Of a stretch of 64,000 nucleotides of DNA, positions 1-9,621 are shown in pieces (the first letter of the stretch is position 1; each line of letters begins with the position of its first letter). The notes below the pieces were generated by a model. It saw nothing but the letters and a program-made list of their open reading frames with translations. It did not search any database and had not been told where the DNA came from. The DNA is taken from positions 975 through 64,974 of the IMG/VR virus record IMGVR_UViG_3300021963_000124; one strand, written 5' to 3'. Origin of the DNA: a virus. Lineage: Duplodnaviria; Caudoviricetes. Both the position numbers and the translations under genes were made by a program.

Positions 1-703
1 TAGCCCAACTAGCAGTTCCAAATAAACTTGCAGTAACACTACTTGCCGTAATATTACCAATTACATGTAATGTTCCTTTGGGATCACTAGTTCCAATACC
101 AACTTGACCACTGCCACTAATAGAAATACCACCGGCAGTTGCACTCCATGGCGCAATAAAGAAACATTGGCTAGAAGAAATTGAAGAACTTAAAAATATT
201 ATACCACTATCACCGCTTGCAACAATTGGATTATAAGAACTGCCGGCGGCATTGGTTAAGAACAGAGTTCTTTTTTGATTTGCACTTGCAATTTCTATTT
301 GGTGTGCAGAACTTGGCGTTGTAGATCCGGTATAAACGTGTAAATTAGAATTTGGAGAAGTAGTTCCTATACCTACATTTGAACCACTTTCGTATATACT
401 ACTCGTTCCAACTGAAGTTGAAGAAATAAATTTTGCTATATAATTTGTAGTTCCTGAAACAGTTCCAGAACCTCCGCCTGCATTTAATGCAAATGAAGCA
501 GTTAAAGCATAACTGGAACTTATTGCATTTCCTACTGTAAGACTATTTAATGAAGCACTTGTAAGACTGGCACTATTATTAAATAAAATAACACTACTGG
601 TAGCAGCTGATATCTTTGTTTCTAAAAAAGTATTGCCGGATGAACTAACCGTGCTTAGGATTAGATCCCCTGCATTATAAATTACTTGACTTCCAATAGG
701 CAT
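1..703 (-). CDS. Tail-fibre-like structural protein, truncated by the window edge (not in ORF track)
   Basis: ATG at 703 reads MPIGSQVIYNAGDLILST...SSYALTASFALN...GTTNYIAKF...NVGIGTTSPNSNLHV. The GIGTTSP repeat is typical of phage fibres. TATTTATA lies 4 nt upstream. Confidence 0.75.
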   Translation of the reverse strand, partial: MPIGSQVIYNAGDLILSTVSSSGNTFLETKISAATSSVILFNNSASLTSASLNSLTVGNAISSSYALTASFALNAGGGSGTVSGTTNYIAKFISSTSVGTSSIYESGSNVGIGTTSPNSNLHVYTGSTTPSSAHQIEIASANQKRTLFLTNAAGSSYNPIVASGDSGIIFLSSSISSSQCFFIAPWSATAGGISISGSGQVGIGTSDPKGTLHVIGNITASSVTASLFGTASWA

Positions 704-707
704 ATAT

Positions 708-715
708 TATAAATA
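708..715 (-). promoter_or_regulatory. TATTTATA putative late promoter motif
   Basis: 4 nt upstream of ATG 703. A second copy (TATTTATT) lies at 725-732. Confidence 0.6.
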
Positions 716-760
716 GTTATGATAATAAATATACGATTGATATAGTATATTACAATATAA

Positions 761-790
761 CAACCCAAGAAACCGAAATTTCTTGGGTTG
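761..790 (-). terminator. Intrinsic terminator
   Basis: 12-bp perfect stem CAACCCAAGAAA/TTTCTTGGGTTG just downstream of the 820..3924 gene. Confidence 0.75.
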
Positions 791-819
791 CCAGAAACAA
801 CATACTCTTGATTTTTATA

Positions 820-3800
820 TTAATTGAACCACTGTGATAATGGAACTCTCTTCCAAACTTGATTTGTATAAACGTATATAAAATTATTATCTACATTTAT
901 TTGACCAGGCATACCACTAGAAGTTGGTGTATTTGGCACCAAACCAGGTGCATTTCCTGGGAAACTGCCTGTGCTTAATGTCAATGTATTAAATGAACCT
1001 GTTATATAAGTAACCAAAACTCCAGTTGCATATGTTATACTTCCAGTTAATTCAACTCTTAAATTGGATGAACTAATTACGGAACTTGATATGTAATTAG
1101 AATAAACATTAGTTAATAATGCGTTTGAAGCAGTGATTCTTGAACTAGAAACGTTTGTAGAAAATACGTTTGTATATAATGCATTGGAAGAAGTAATTTG
1201 AGAAGCACTGATACCTGTTCCTGTGTATGACAATGTAGTTCCATTATCACTCAACAAACTGTTTGTTATATTCTTTCCACTTGATTGGACTTTTGGAATT
1301 ACATTTGTTGTCAATGTAGTTTCACTGCCAAATTGGCTTAAAGGACCACCAATAATTATGGAACTTGCAGTTGTATATGTTCCAGATCCACTATTTGCAC
1401 TAAATATAATCCAGTTATCCGTTAAAGAGTCCCACAAGAAAGAACTAGTAACATTACTTTGTATACCACCGCTTCCGCTATCATATACATCAATACCTGC
1501 ATATCTCATTATTGGACTAGCAGCATTCAATAAAATTCTATTATCACCAATAATAATCGTGCTGCTACTAATATTTACGATTGAACTTGACCCATAAATT
1601 GTCAAATCTCCATATAAAAATGTAGAACCTGACACATGTAAATCTTTACCAATTCCAACACCGCCATTGACCGTTAATGCGCCTCCATTAGTCCAACTTG
1701 TAGCATTTGTCGTATTGCTAAATAAAATTTTATTACTTGCAGATACTGGCAGTTCTGTAATAACGCCGGTATTGGCACCTTGGCCAGTAAGCACTCTAAA
1801 CCCATTAGAGTTTTTTCCAACATACAATGATGCTGTTTCATTACTTATTGGTTGACCAATTTGGATTGTGGCACCTCCTGTATCGCTAAATAATGATATA
1901 TAATTAAGATTTGTGCCATTATCATTACTTATCAATAATGACCCACTCGTATCTCCTATTTTTACTGTATTAGTATTTGGATTATAAGACAATACATTAC
2001 TGTCTGTTAAAATAGACTGAGCGCTTCCTGTATTTTCAACAAACGCAACATAATACGTAGAATTGGTGTTAGGTATATTTGTTACAACAACCTTACTTGC
2101 AGTTTCAACTGTTCCTATTATAGACCCCACCACAGATAAACTTCCACTAATACTCAAACTTCCAGTTACTTTAACGGAATCACTTGTAGCATCTCCTAAA
2201 AGTGTATTTCCAGTAGCGGTAAGATTTGTAAATGTGGCCGCTGCTGGAACAACTCCACCTATTACGGTGTTATTAATAGTGCCACCGTTTATAGTAGCAT
2301 TACCAGTAGAAACGCTACTACCACTCAATGCACCTGTAATTGATGTTATTATTGCATTACCAGTAACATTTATATTACTTGAGGTTATTGCAGTTGCAGA
2401 TAAAACACTAGTAACAGTTACAGTGCTTGAGGTTATTGCATTTGCAGATACAATCAAAGCCGCCCCGCTCAATACATTAACACCTGTTATACTCGTAAGT
2501 GTAGCATTTCCAGATTGAATGCTACTACCGCTCAATGCGCCTGTAATTGATGTTAATGTAGAATTACCAGTGACTGACAAAGACGACCCAGTGAATTGTG
2601 TTCCAACAATGATACCTCTACTTGCACTAATCGCAAACGCTGTTCCTGATGTGCCGGATACGCTGTCTATCAATAATGCAACCGAACTACCAGTTGATAC
2701 CAAAGAAGTTATACTAAACACCGTATTAGAAGATGTTACGGCTGAAGCACTTATATTAACGCCTACAATTGTACTGCTACCTGTTGACATCAATTCAACA
2801 AAATCAACACGGTTAGTAAATAATGCGGCGCTAGAGGTTATTTGAGATGCAATAAATGCTCCGCTGCTACTCAATGTATTTGTAGTTGCATCCCAAGTTA
2901 GTGTTTGACTATCGGTTCTTAACGATCTTGCACCTGTTGTGCCATCTACAAAAGTTACATAATAAGGCCCTACTCCTGTAGTTGTATCTGTAAGTATAAC
3001 CGTGCTTGAAGTAGCTGCGTAACTTGAACTTATTGCATTACTTGAAGTAGCATTTAATGTTCCAACGATAGATAAACTTCCACTAATACTTGCGCTACCT
3101 GTAACTACTATTAAATCACTTGTCGCATTTCCTAAAAAGGTATTTCCAGTAGCGGTAAGATTTGTAAATGTGCCTGCGGCAGGTGTTGTTCCACCAATGA
3201 CAGTATTGTTAATATTACCGCCATTGATTGTTGCATTACCGGTGGAGACGCTACTTCCGCTTAATGCGCCCGTGATTGTGGTCAAATTAGAGTTACCAGT
3301 GATCGTCAATGATGATCCTGAAATAGAACCTACTACCGAAAAACTACCTGTTAATGATGCAGATCCTGTAATTTGTAATGTATCAGTTAATGCGTCACCT
3401 AAGACTGTATTTCCCAAAACAGTTAAACTTCCACCATCAACAATACTTGAACTTACGGTTAGAGTATTTGATCCCAAATTACCTGTGAAATTTGCACCAG
3501 ATGCACTAATTACAAGATTTGCCCCATTCAAATATGATGTAGATCCTGAAAATAACATGTTGCCACTTGCCGTGACATTGGTCAAGTTAGTAGCACCAAT
3601 TACAGTTAAAATGCCTGAATCATAAATTCCACTTGCACTTAACGTAGAACTCATTGATACCGGACCAGTAAACGTTGCTGCTGCGGAAGTCAATGCGGTG
3701 CTTGCGCTTATTATACTTGCTGTAAGAGTAGTAACAGTTAAATTAGTAATCGTTACACTTGGAAGCGTATTACTGCCGGTAAGATAACCTGACGCATCTG

Positions 3801-3924
3801 TCAATATAAGAAGGTTACTTCCGCTTATAATTCTCTCTGTAAATGGAAATTTTCCAAATCCATCCGCACTTGCACTCGTTTGTGCGATTATTACATTTAA
3901 TTGATTGTCATTTGGGTAAGGCAT
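820..3924 (-). CDS. Long Ser/Thr/Gly-rich fibre or whisker-like virion protein
   Basis: 1034 aa with beta-repeat composition, an internal ~130-aa duplication, and C-terminal GQINVDNNFIYVY..WKRVPLSQW module. Lies next to the neck genes. Confidence 0.65.
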   Translation of the reverse strand: MPYPNDNQLNVIIAQTSASADGFGKFPFTERIISGSNLLILTDASGYLTGSNTLPSVTITNLTVTTLTASIISASTALTSAAATFTGPVSMSSTLSASGIYDSGILTVIGATNLTNVTASGNMLFSGSTSYLNGANLVISASGANFTGNLGSNTLTVSSSIVDGGSLTVLGNTVLGDALTDTLQITGSASLTGSFSVVGSISGSSLTITGNSNLTTITGALSGSSVSTGNATINGGNINNTVIGGTTPAAGTFTNLTATGNTFLGNATSDLIVVTGSASISGSLSIVGTLNATSSNAISSSYAATSSTVILTDTTTGVGPYYVTFVDGTTGARSLRTDSQTLTWDATTNTLSSSGAFIASQITSSAALFTNRVDFVELMSTGSSTIVGVNISASAVTSSNTVFSITSLVSTGSSVALLIDSVSGTSGTAFAISASRGIIVGTQFTGSSLSVTGNSTLTSITGALSGSSIQSGNATLTSITGVNVLSGAALIVSANAITSSTVTVTSVLSATAITSSNINVTGNAIITSITGALSGSSVSTGNATINGGTINNTVIGGVVPAAATFTNLTATGNTLLGDATSDSVKVTGSLSISGSLSVVGSIIGTVETASKVVVTNIPNTNSTYYVAFVENTGSAQSILTDSNVLSYNPNTNTVKIGDTSGSLLISNDNGTNLNYISLFSDTGGATIQIGQPISNETASLYVGKNSNGFRVLTGQGANTGVITELPVSASNKILFSNTTNATSWTNGGALTVNGGVGIGKDLHVSGSTFLYGDLTIYGSSSIVNISSSTIIIGDNRILLNAASPIMRYAGIDVYDSGSGGIQSNVTSSFLWDSLTDNWIIFSANSGSGTYTTASSIIIGGPLSQFGSETTLTTNVIPKVQSSGKNITNSLLSDNGTTLSYTGTGISASQITSSNALYTNVFSTNVSSSRITASNALLTNVYSNYISSSVISSSNLRVELTGSITYATGVLVTYITGSFNTLTLSTGSFPGNAPGLVPNTPTSSGMPGQINVDNNFIYVYTNQVWKRVPLSQWFN

Positions 3925-3950
3925 ACGTAGATTACATAAAGGTTAATATC

Positions 3951-3958
3951 TATAAATA
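3951..3958 (-). promoter_or_regulatory. TATTTATA putative late promoter motif
   Basis: In the intergenic gap, 26 nt upstream of ATG 3924. Confidence 0.5.
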
Positions 3959-3990
3959 TATAAATTTTATATTAAATTATAAATTTTATA

Positions 3991-5175
3991 TTAGGATGTC
4001 CATTGTGCGATATCTTGACGTAACCATCTTCCGCTGACATAAATATAATGATAGTCTCCGTCATATGCCATCCAACCTTCTTCACCATAATCAGATGGTG
4101 TAGATGGAGCTGGATGCCAAATTGGACAACATGCTGATCCTGTGCCTGTTCCGCCATTTATCGTTTGTTGAACTATTAATGCAGCATAACTTGCACGTAT
4201 TTTTTCCAAAATTTCCCCACCTTCTGTGGTTGATTTTTCTGTTACAATTGTAGGTTTTGGAAATCTCCAAATATCATTATTTGATGATATTGGATTAATA
4301 TCATAATATGGATTTGCTGGATTACTATAACTGTTCTTTTTGATATCTTTTTTGACCGCATTCATTTGAGTGCCAGACACCAATTCAGAAGTTATACTTA
4401 TTTTTCTTGGAGTTAAATACTTTTGAACGGTTTTCTTTCTGTCCTCAAAACTTTCAGGTAACAAATACGCATATACAGTTAAATTAAAAGTAGAGCGTAT
4501 AATTCTATCTTTTTCAGTTGGACTTTCAGATGTATTTGTATAATCATTTATACTAACTCTGAATTTAAAATTTTGAGGATCTCCCCAATAATCTTCGCTT
4601 GCATAATTAATCTTTTCTAAAACCGCATTCATTTGTTCAATATATTCTGTCCATACCATAAATTCATATTCAACCTTAACATGATCAGGCAAAGACAGAC
4701 TATAGATACTGTTAACTGGAGCAACTGTTTGATTTAATACACTAAATTTATCATATTTATTTTTTTCACTAAACTTAGTCAAAACAGGATAAGAAAGATA
4801 TCTATTTAATGTCATCATACTTTCATTTTTTGCAAATGAATTTCTTTTGAACATTATTATAGGTAATTGTATTTTTCCTTGGTTATCACGCAGATATCCA
4901 TCTACTTTAGCAGATTTCCATTTTTCTGGGTTTCCATAAATTATTGGGACTTTTACATTTTCACCCGCATCAATAATTGTAGGATTTATTACATCTTCAA
5001 TGTATTTGACAATGGCAGTATCAATATCGATTAATGATATTGTAAAATTTTTCTTTGGGTCTTGGTCACGGCGAACATCAAACGCACGATTTGTTGTATT
5101 TGTAAAATACTTATTTTCTTGCGTTTTGTCCTCATTTGTTGGGACTGGATTATTTGTATTGCCTTTCCACGACAT
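3991..5175 (-). CDS. Tail completion/sheath stabiliser, T4 gp15-like, with C-terminal fibre-type module
   Basis: VPIIYGNPEKW...LPIIMFKR...VKVEYEF..WTEYIEQMNAVLE resembles gp15. Synteny follows gp13/gp14-like genes. Confidence 0.65.
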   Translation of the reverse strand: MSWKGNTNNPVPTNEDKTQENKYFTNTTNRAFDVRRDQDPKKNFTISLIDIDTAIVKYIEDVINPTIIDAGENVKVPIIYGNPEKWKSAKVDGYLRDNQGKIQLPIIMFKRNSFAKNESMMTLNRYLSYPVLTKFSEKNKYDKFSVLNQTVAPVNSIYSLSLPDHVKVEYEFMVWTEYIEQMNAVLEKINYASEDYWGDPQNFKFRVSINDYTNTSESPTEKDRIIRSTFNLTVYAYLLPESFEDRKKTVQKYLTPRKISITSELVSGTQMNAVKKDIKKNSYSNPANPYYDINPISSNNDIWRFPKPTIVTEKSTTEGGEILEKIRASYAALIVQQTINGGTGTGSACCPIWHPAPSTPSDYGEEGWMAYDGDYHYIYVSGRWLRQDIAQWTS

Positions 5176-5177
5176 AA

Positions 5178-5648
5178 TTAATATTGTCTATTTACCAAGT
5201 TAATTTTACTCAATCTGCTATAATGTGTATTGCAAATTATACTAAGTGAATTGTCACTTTGACCACCTAAAAATTGTTCTTGAACTACATTATCAATTTC
5301 ATGATAACGGTCATTAAAAAATATCAAATCTCCAACTTCTGGGAAAAAATTAGCTTCTTTCAAATCTAATTCTCTGAACTTATATACAACTGTTTGGTCT
5401 CTGTCAGGTCCAAATCCTTCATCGTCTGTTGTTGGGTCTGTTCTATCAATTAAAGCATTAATTTCAATGCCTGGATAAAAACTTTTACCTTCTGACCCAG
5501 CTTCTCCATATACATTTGTATTAGTTTCAGATGCGGCAATCTTAAATAATACAACAAAAGTTTGGATTAAATCCTCGTTTAATTCACGGTTTATGCCGTT
5601 TATATAAGCTAGGTCTCTTGAACTAAAATATCTTCCGTATAATCCCAT
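5178..5648 (-). CDS. Neck/head-closure protein, T4 gp14-like
   Basis: TNVYGE...GFGPD...FPEVGDLIFF...YHEIDNV. Lies between gp13-like and gp15-like genes. Confidence 0.6.
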   Translation of the reverse strand: MGLYGRYFSSRDLAYINGINRELNEDLIQTFVVLFKIAASETNTNVYGEAGSEGKSFYPGIEINALIDRTDPTTDDEGFGPDRDQTVVYKFRELDLKEANFFPEVGDLIFFNDRYHEIDNVVQEQFLGGQSDNSLSIICNTHYSRLSKINLVNRQY

Positions 5649-5651
5649 AAA

Positions 5652-6845
5652 TTATCCTACGTAAATTAAAAGTGGAACGGATCGCAACGTATCTCTCATT
5701 TTTTCAGCTTCAGTAGCTTTTGCTTCCATCAAAGCAGTTCTGCCTGTCGCTTCAAGATTTTCTCTCAATTGAGTAATTAATGCTTCCTTTTCTGTTTGAG
5801 CTTCATTTCTCAATTCTCCACCATCTAAGGTAACTTCTCCGCCGGGTATTGGCACAATATTATATTTTTGTCTTATTGCACCCAATAATTCCTTACATAA
5901 TGCTAAGAAATACTTTTTAATCCACTGTTTACCCACAGCATTTAATTTGTTATAAACTACATTTTGATAGGGAGCGTTACTATAATCGCTGACTTCATCA
6001 TAATTATCCGCAGGTGAAACTGCACTATTAAACTTATCTTTTTCTACCACATATTCAACATAAGCATCATGGTCATATGTTGGAATTGGAAAAATTTTTA
6101 ATTGATTATTTGTTATTTCAAAACTATATGCACTCTTACGAACCATGTCGTTAAATTCAATGGCTTGACCACGAAGCAAATCTTCAAAGATTGGAGTCAT
6201 TAAGAATTGAGTAGCAGGACTATAACCAGCAAATCCCATTTCATTTAATATATTACTATAACTCATACCAGTCATACTGAATGGGTCATAAATACGAGCA
6301 AACGCTGGAGCTGGTCCGTGAAATAATCTTCTAATTTCTACCTTGTTTCCACATTCACGTTCACATTCAATTAACTGATTTAAATCGTAATTTTGTTGAC
6401 CCTTTTTCAAATGAACAGGAACTCTTTTTACTGGAACATCTCCGCCTACATCAATTTCGCTTCCATATTGACGAGACAATTTTACAACAAATGGAAGGCC
6501 TGATCCTTGTATATTTTTACCTGTAATATTTGGATTATCAGTTGTATTTAATCCTTGCAAATTCAACAAATTATTTCTGATATTGAACTGATTTACTTGT
6601 GCGCCATATTCGCTGACAGCTTCTTCAAAACAAGCGTAAAAACTGACATCTTTCAATTCAATGTCAATGATTGGATATCCTAATCTTTTTGCTGCCCATT
6701 CTGCACTTTTCTCACAATCATATTCAAATTTACCAATACTGGCAGTATTGGAAGTTTCACTCAAATAAAATCCAAAGGGAACCGTAGTTAAGTTAACTGC
6801 GCTTCCACTGCCGGGCCATCTAATTGTGGTAGGGTCAAATGCCAT
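5652..6845 (-). CDS. Neck/head-tail adaptor, T4 gp13-like
   Basis: RLGYPIIDIEL at the N-terminus and WIKKYFLALCKELLG...PGGEVTLDG...EAQTE at the C-terminus are gp13 hallmarks. Confidence 0.8.
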   Translation of the reverse strand: MAFDPTTIRWPGSGSAVNLTTVPFGFYLSETSNTASIGKFEYDCEKSAEWAAKRLGYPIIDIELKDVSFYACFEEAVSEYGAQVNQFNIRNNLLNLQGLNTTDNPNITGKNIQGSGLPFVVKLSRQYGSEIDVGGDVPVKRVPVHLKKGQQNYDLNQLIECERECGNKVEIRRLFHGPAPAFARIYDPFSMTGMSYSNILNEMGFAGYSPATQFLMTPIFEDLLRGQAIEFNDMVRKSAYSFEITNNQLKIFPIPTYDHDAYVEYVVEKDKFNSAVSPADNYDEVSDYSNAPYQNVVYNKLNAVGKQWIKKYFLALCKELLGAIRQKYNIVPIPGGEVTLDGGELRNEAQTEKEALITQLRENLEATGRTALMEAKATEAEKMRDTLRSVPLLIYVG

Positions 6846-6881
6846 ATATAATAAATATTAAAACAATTAGATTTATTATAA

Positions 6882-7559
6882 TTATAATCCAAATCTAGAT
6901 TTAGTTGCATTATAGTTTTGTAATACTTCACCGGCAGATAATACTCTGTTATAGATCCTGGCACATCCCATAGTCATGTTTACAAAGTAACTTGCATATG
7001 TTAACCTTGCAATCATTAAAGAATTACTATTCGCACTTGGTGATAATGCTGTAGTTGCACTTCCAACTTGAACTCCATTGACATATGTTCTCTGAGAACC
7101 ATTTGTTCCTGTTGCTGCAATATGATACCAAACTCCATTAGTAAAATTAGTATTAAATCCTGCCGCAGCATTGTCACCAACATATCTAAATACCAAATTT
7201 GTAGTCGATGCTGTATATGAATCTACTCTTATTTCATATCCATCCGCGTTACTCAATGTTTTGCTTATAACTCCACTATATAATTGTGTTTGAGTTCCAA
7301 ATTTTACGAAACACTCTAATGTTAAATTAGTTAAATTTGATAATACATTGCCAAAATCTACATTGCTGTTTGTCCCATTAAACACTAATGTGCCTGTGTT
7401 ATTACTGCTGAAACTGGGATTGTTTATTGTTCCGGTATAACCATTTCCACTCAAATCTCTCAATACCGTTCCCGAACCAGGATAACTCTTAGTATTCGCA
7501 GCGTCAACTGCTAAAACTAATCCGTTTGTTACTATTTTTGGTGAATAATTAAATGCCAT
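6882..7559 (-). CDS. LamG/concanavalin A-like lectin virion protein
   Basis: PKIVTNGLVLAVDAAN.KSYPGSG, WYHIAAT, YVNG, RIYNRVLSAGEVLQNYNA. Confidence 0.85.
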   Translation of the reverse strand: MAFNYSPKIVTNGLVLAVDAANTKSYPGSGTVLRDLSGNGYTGTINNPSFSSNNTGTLVFNGTNSNVDFGNVLSNLTNLTLECFVKFGTQTQLYSGVISKTLSNADGYEIRVDSYTASTTNLVFRYVGDNAAAGFNTNFTNGVWYHIAATGTNGSQRTYVNGVQVGSATTALSPSANSNSLMIARLTYASYFVNMTMGCARIYNRVLSAGEVLQNYNATKSRFGL

Positions 7560-7562
7560 AAA

Positions 7563-7709
7563 TTAAAAACACTGTTCGCCAGAGTCAGTTGCACCTACTC
7601 TTGTTTTCCATTTTATATAACCTTCAGCTTCTGCTAAAGTTTTTGCAACATAAAGAATTTCTTCTCCGTTTTTTACTAAAAATTGTCCGTCTTGTTCTGT
7701 TATTTCCAT
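7563..7709 (-). CDS. Small hypothetical protein (48 aa; start moved to MEITEQ)
   Basis: ATG 7709 abuts the stop of the upstream gene (7711). The longer track start overlaps that gene. Confidence 0.6.
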   Translation of the reverse strand: MEITEQDGQFLVKNGEEILYVAKTLAEAEGYIKWKTRVGATDSGEQCF

Positions 7710-7710
7710 A

Positions 7711-8430
7711 TTATATATATCTAGATTTAAATAAATTATAATTATACAATATATCACTTGCACTTAATGCAGAATTAAAACTGTGGATTGGTCCTAAATA
7801 ACAATTATGCGTTGCAGTTGTTATACACCCAGTAACTCCTCCCAAATGTAAATTTTCATAAGTTCCGTCATTGCACGCTGACGATGTATATCCTTCTTGA
7901 ACCCCATTTACAAAAATATATAATCCTGACGGTGATCCATTTTGCCATTTACAACAAATATAATTCCAATTTCCATTGCAAACATTTGTTGTTGAAGTGG
8001 TTGTTATATTGCCAGCGCCGCTATTATCATATCCTAAAAAAGTAAAAGTGCCATTTGAATTAAGATATGAATTGATTCTATAACATCCAGACGGACCTCT
8101 ATTTGATTCCGTATAAAAAGAAGTCGCATTTACTGCACCAATATATCTCATCCACCAACACATTGTCATATTTCCAAACCAACCAGTATTGGTTGTATAA
8201 ATTCTACCAGAATTTAATCTTAAATCACCAGAAACTTTTTGTGTTGTGTCTACTTCATAACCAACAGTTCCTTCAAATGTAAAATTCAAATTAGACACAT
8301 TAAATTCTGAAAATCCATTTATTTGTGTAGAAGTAGACGCTCTACTCAATCTATTACGAGGATCGATATAAATTCGAGGAGAACTGCCTCTTAATAATTT
8401 TGCATATGTTGGACCACCAGTTAAACCCAT
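7711..8430 (-). CDS. LamG-like lectin domain protein
   Basis: WNYICCKW...IFVNG...FNSALSASDILYNYNLFKSRY parallels the C-terminus of 6882..7559. Confidence 0.75.
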   Translation of the reverse strand: MGLTGGPTYAKLLRGSSPRIYIDPRNRLSRASTSTQINGFSEFNVSNLNFTFEGTVGYEVDTTQKVSGDLRLNSGRIYTTNTGWFGNMTMCWWMRYIGAVNATSFYTESNRGPSGCYRINSYLNSNGTFTFLGYDNSGAGNITTTSTTNVCNGNWNYICCKWQNGSPSGLYIFVNGVQEGYTSSACNDGTYENLHLGGVTGCITTATHNCYLGPIHSFNSALSASDILYNYNLFKSRYI

Positions 8431-8442
8431 ATGTTATATATA

Positions 8443-8661
8443 TCAGTTGCCGCAATTAACGCACGGCATTTGTTGTTCTGTTGTCAATAATAATTGTTTA
8501 TCGTTTTCTGCAACTGTAATGCTACCGGAAGGATAATTGTTAATTATATAATTTATTGCAACTTGAGTATCAGTGTTATTTTGTGGCCAATCCCAATTTC
8601 TATGCATGACATCACGCCAAAAATTGTCACGGTCTCTTATCATTATTATTTCTGTAAACAT
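8443..8661 (-). CDS. Small hypothetical protein (C-terminal CxxC)
   Basis: 72-aa ORF tightly packed in the operon. Confidence 0.55.
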   Translation of the reverse strand: MFTEIIMIRDRDNFWRDVMHRNWDWPQNNTDTQVAINYIINNYPSGSITVAENDKQLLLTTEQQMPCVNCGN

Positions 8662-8662
8662 A

Positions 8663-9349
8663 TTATTTAGCCCATACTATTAATTTATTAGCTCTATCAA
8701 CTGGACATGCACAACAATGATTATAAGCAGGTCCACCTTCACATCCTGCAAACCAACTTCTTATACAACTTTGTTCATAATAATTACTCCATCCACCTAC
8801 ATAACTACTACATCCGCCAGTAGAAGATGTAACCCATGTTGATGGATAATTGGCTTCATTGCCGTCTCTTCTTTTGAAATATCCATTTGTAGTTGTAAAA
8901 GCATCACTAGACCACAAAGACGGATCTAAAAATAAATTATACATAGTGTCACTATTATTTAAAGAACCAGATGCCCAAACACTACCATTTGCTTCAGATA
9001 TATGCCACCATTGAGTTCTTGTTTCTTTTGTTCCAGAATTTAAAAATAAACGAATATCTGCATCTGAAAATTTATTCATTGCAGTATCATTTTCAGTTGG
9101 TAATGAACCTGCAGTTGCTGATACAGAACCAGAAATATAAGGACTTGTGCCTCTAAATACAGTAAAAACACAAAACCACGCTGAATTTGCATCATTTTTA
9201 ATATCAGCCCATACCTTTGTTGCGGGATTATTAAGTCCGCCTAATCTAACGCCCACATATCCATTTTGATTTAATCCATTTGAAGTAAATCTTACTTTAT
9301 TTTTTAAATTGTCTCCGTTTATTGCGGCTGGTCCTACTTGTGATCCCAT
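8663..9349 (-). CDS. Cys/Trp-rich putative virion surface or lectin-like protein
   Basis: 228 aa with C-terminal C..C..C..HCCAC cluster, located in the lectin cluster. Confidence 0.5.
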   Translation of the reverse strand: MGSQVGPAAINGDNLKNKVRFTSNGLNQNGYVGVRLGGLNNPATKVWADIKNDANSAWFCVFTVFRGTSPYISGSVSATAGSLPTENDTAMNKFSDADIRLFLNSGTKETRTQWWHISEANGSVWASGSLNNSDTMYNLFLDPSLWSSDAFTTTNGYFKRRDGNEANYPSTWVTSSTGGCSSYVGGWSNYYEQSCIRSWFAGCEGGPAYNHCCACPVDRANKLIVWAK

Positions 9350-9353
9350 AAAA

Positions 9354-9620
9354 TTATAATTTTGTTATTTTAATTTTTAATTCACCTGTCCCTTTTATAA
9401 CTCTATGCCAAGTTTCTTTTGGTATAAAAAATTTACCAGACATATTTTTCGGCAACTCATTATCCATTTGAAGTTTCCAATCAGTATCGCCAATTACCTC
9501 AACGATTCTGTCTTCTCTATCTCTGTGCCATTCAAGATCATCCACATCTACAGATTCTTCAAACTCTCTGAGATATAAATTATCTTTAACGTGAGATTCT
9601 TTAAATGGAAAGTCAGACAT
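9354..9620 (-). CDS. Cupin-fold small protein
   Basis: WHRDREDR...IPKETWHRVIKG matches the two His-containing cupin motifs. Confidence 0.6.
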   Translation of the reverse strand: MSDFPFKESHVKDNLYLREFEESVDVDDLEWHRDREDRIVEVIGDTDWKLQMDNELPKNMSGKFFIPKETWHRVIKGTGELKIKITKL

Positions 9621-9621
9621 A

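Noticed and set aside
1960-3280. Repeat pair in the fibre gene as a DGR template/variable region
   Set aside because: Both copies are in-frame and internal, differences are not confined to adenines, and there is no reverse transcriptase in the window.
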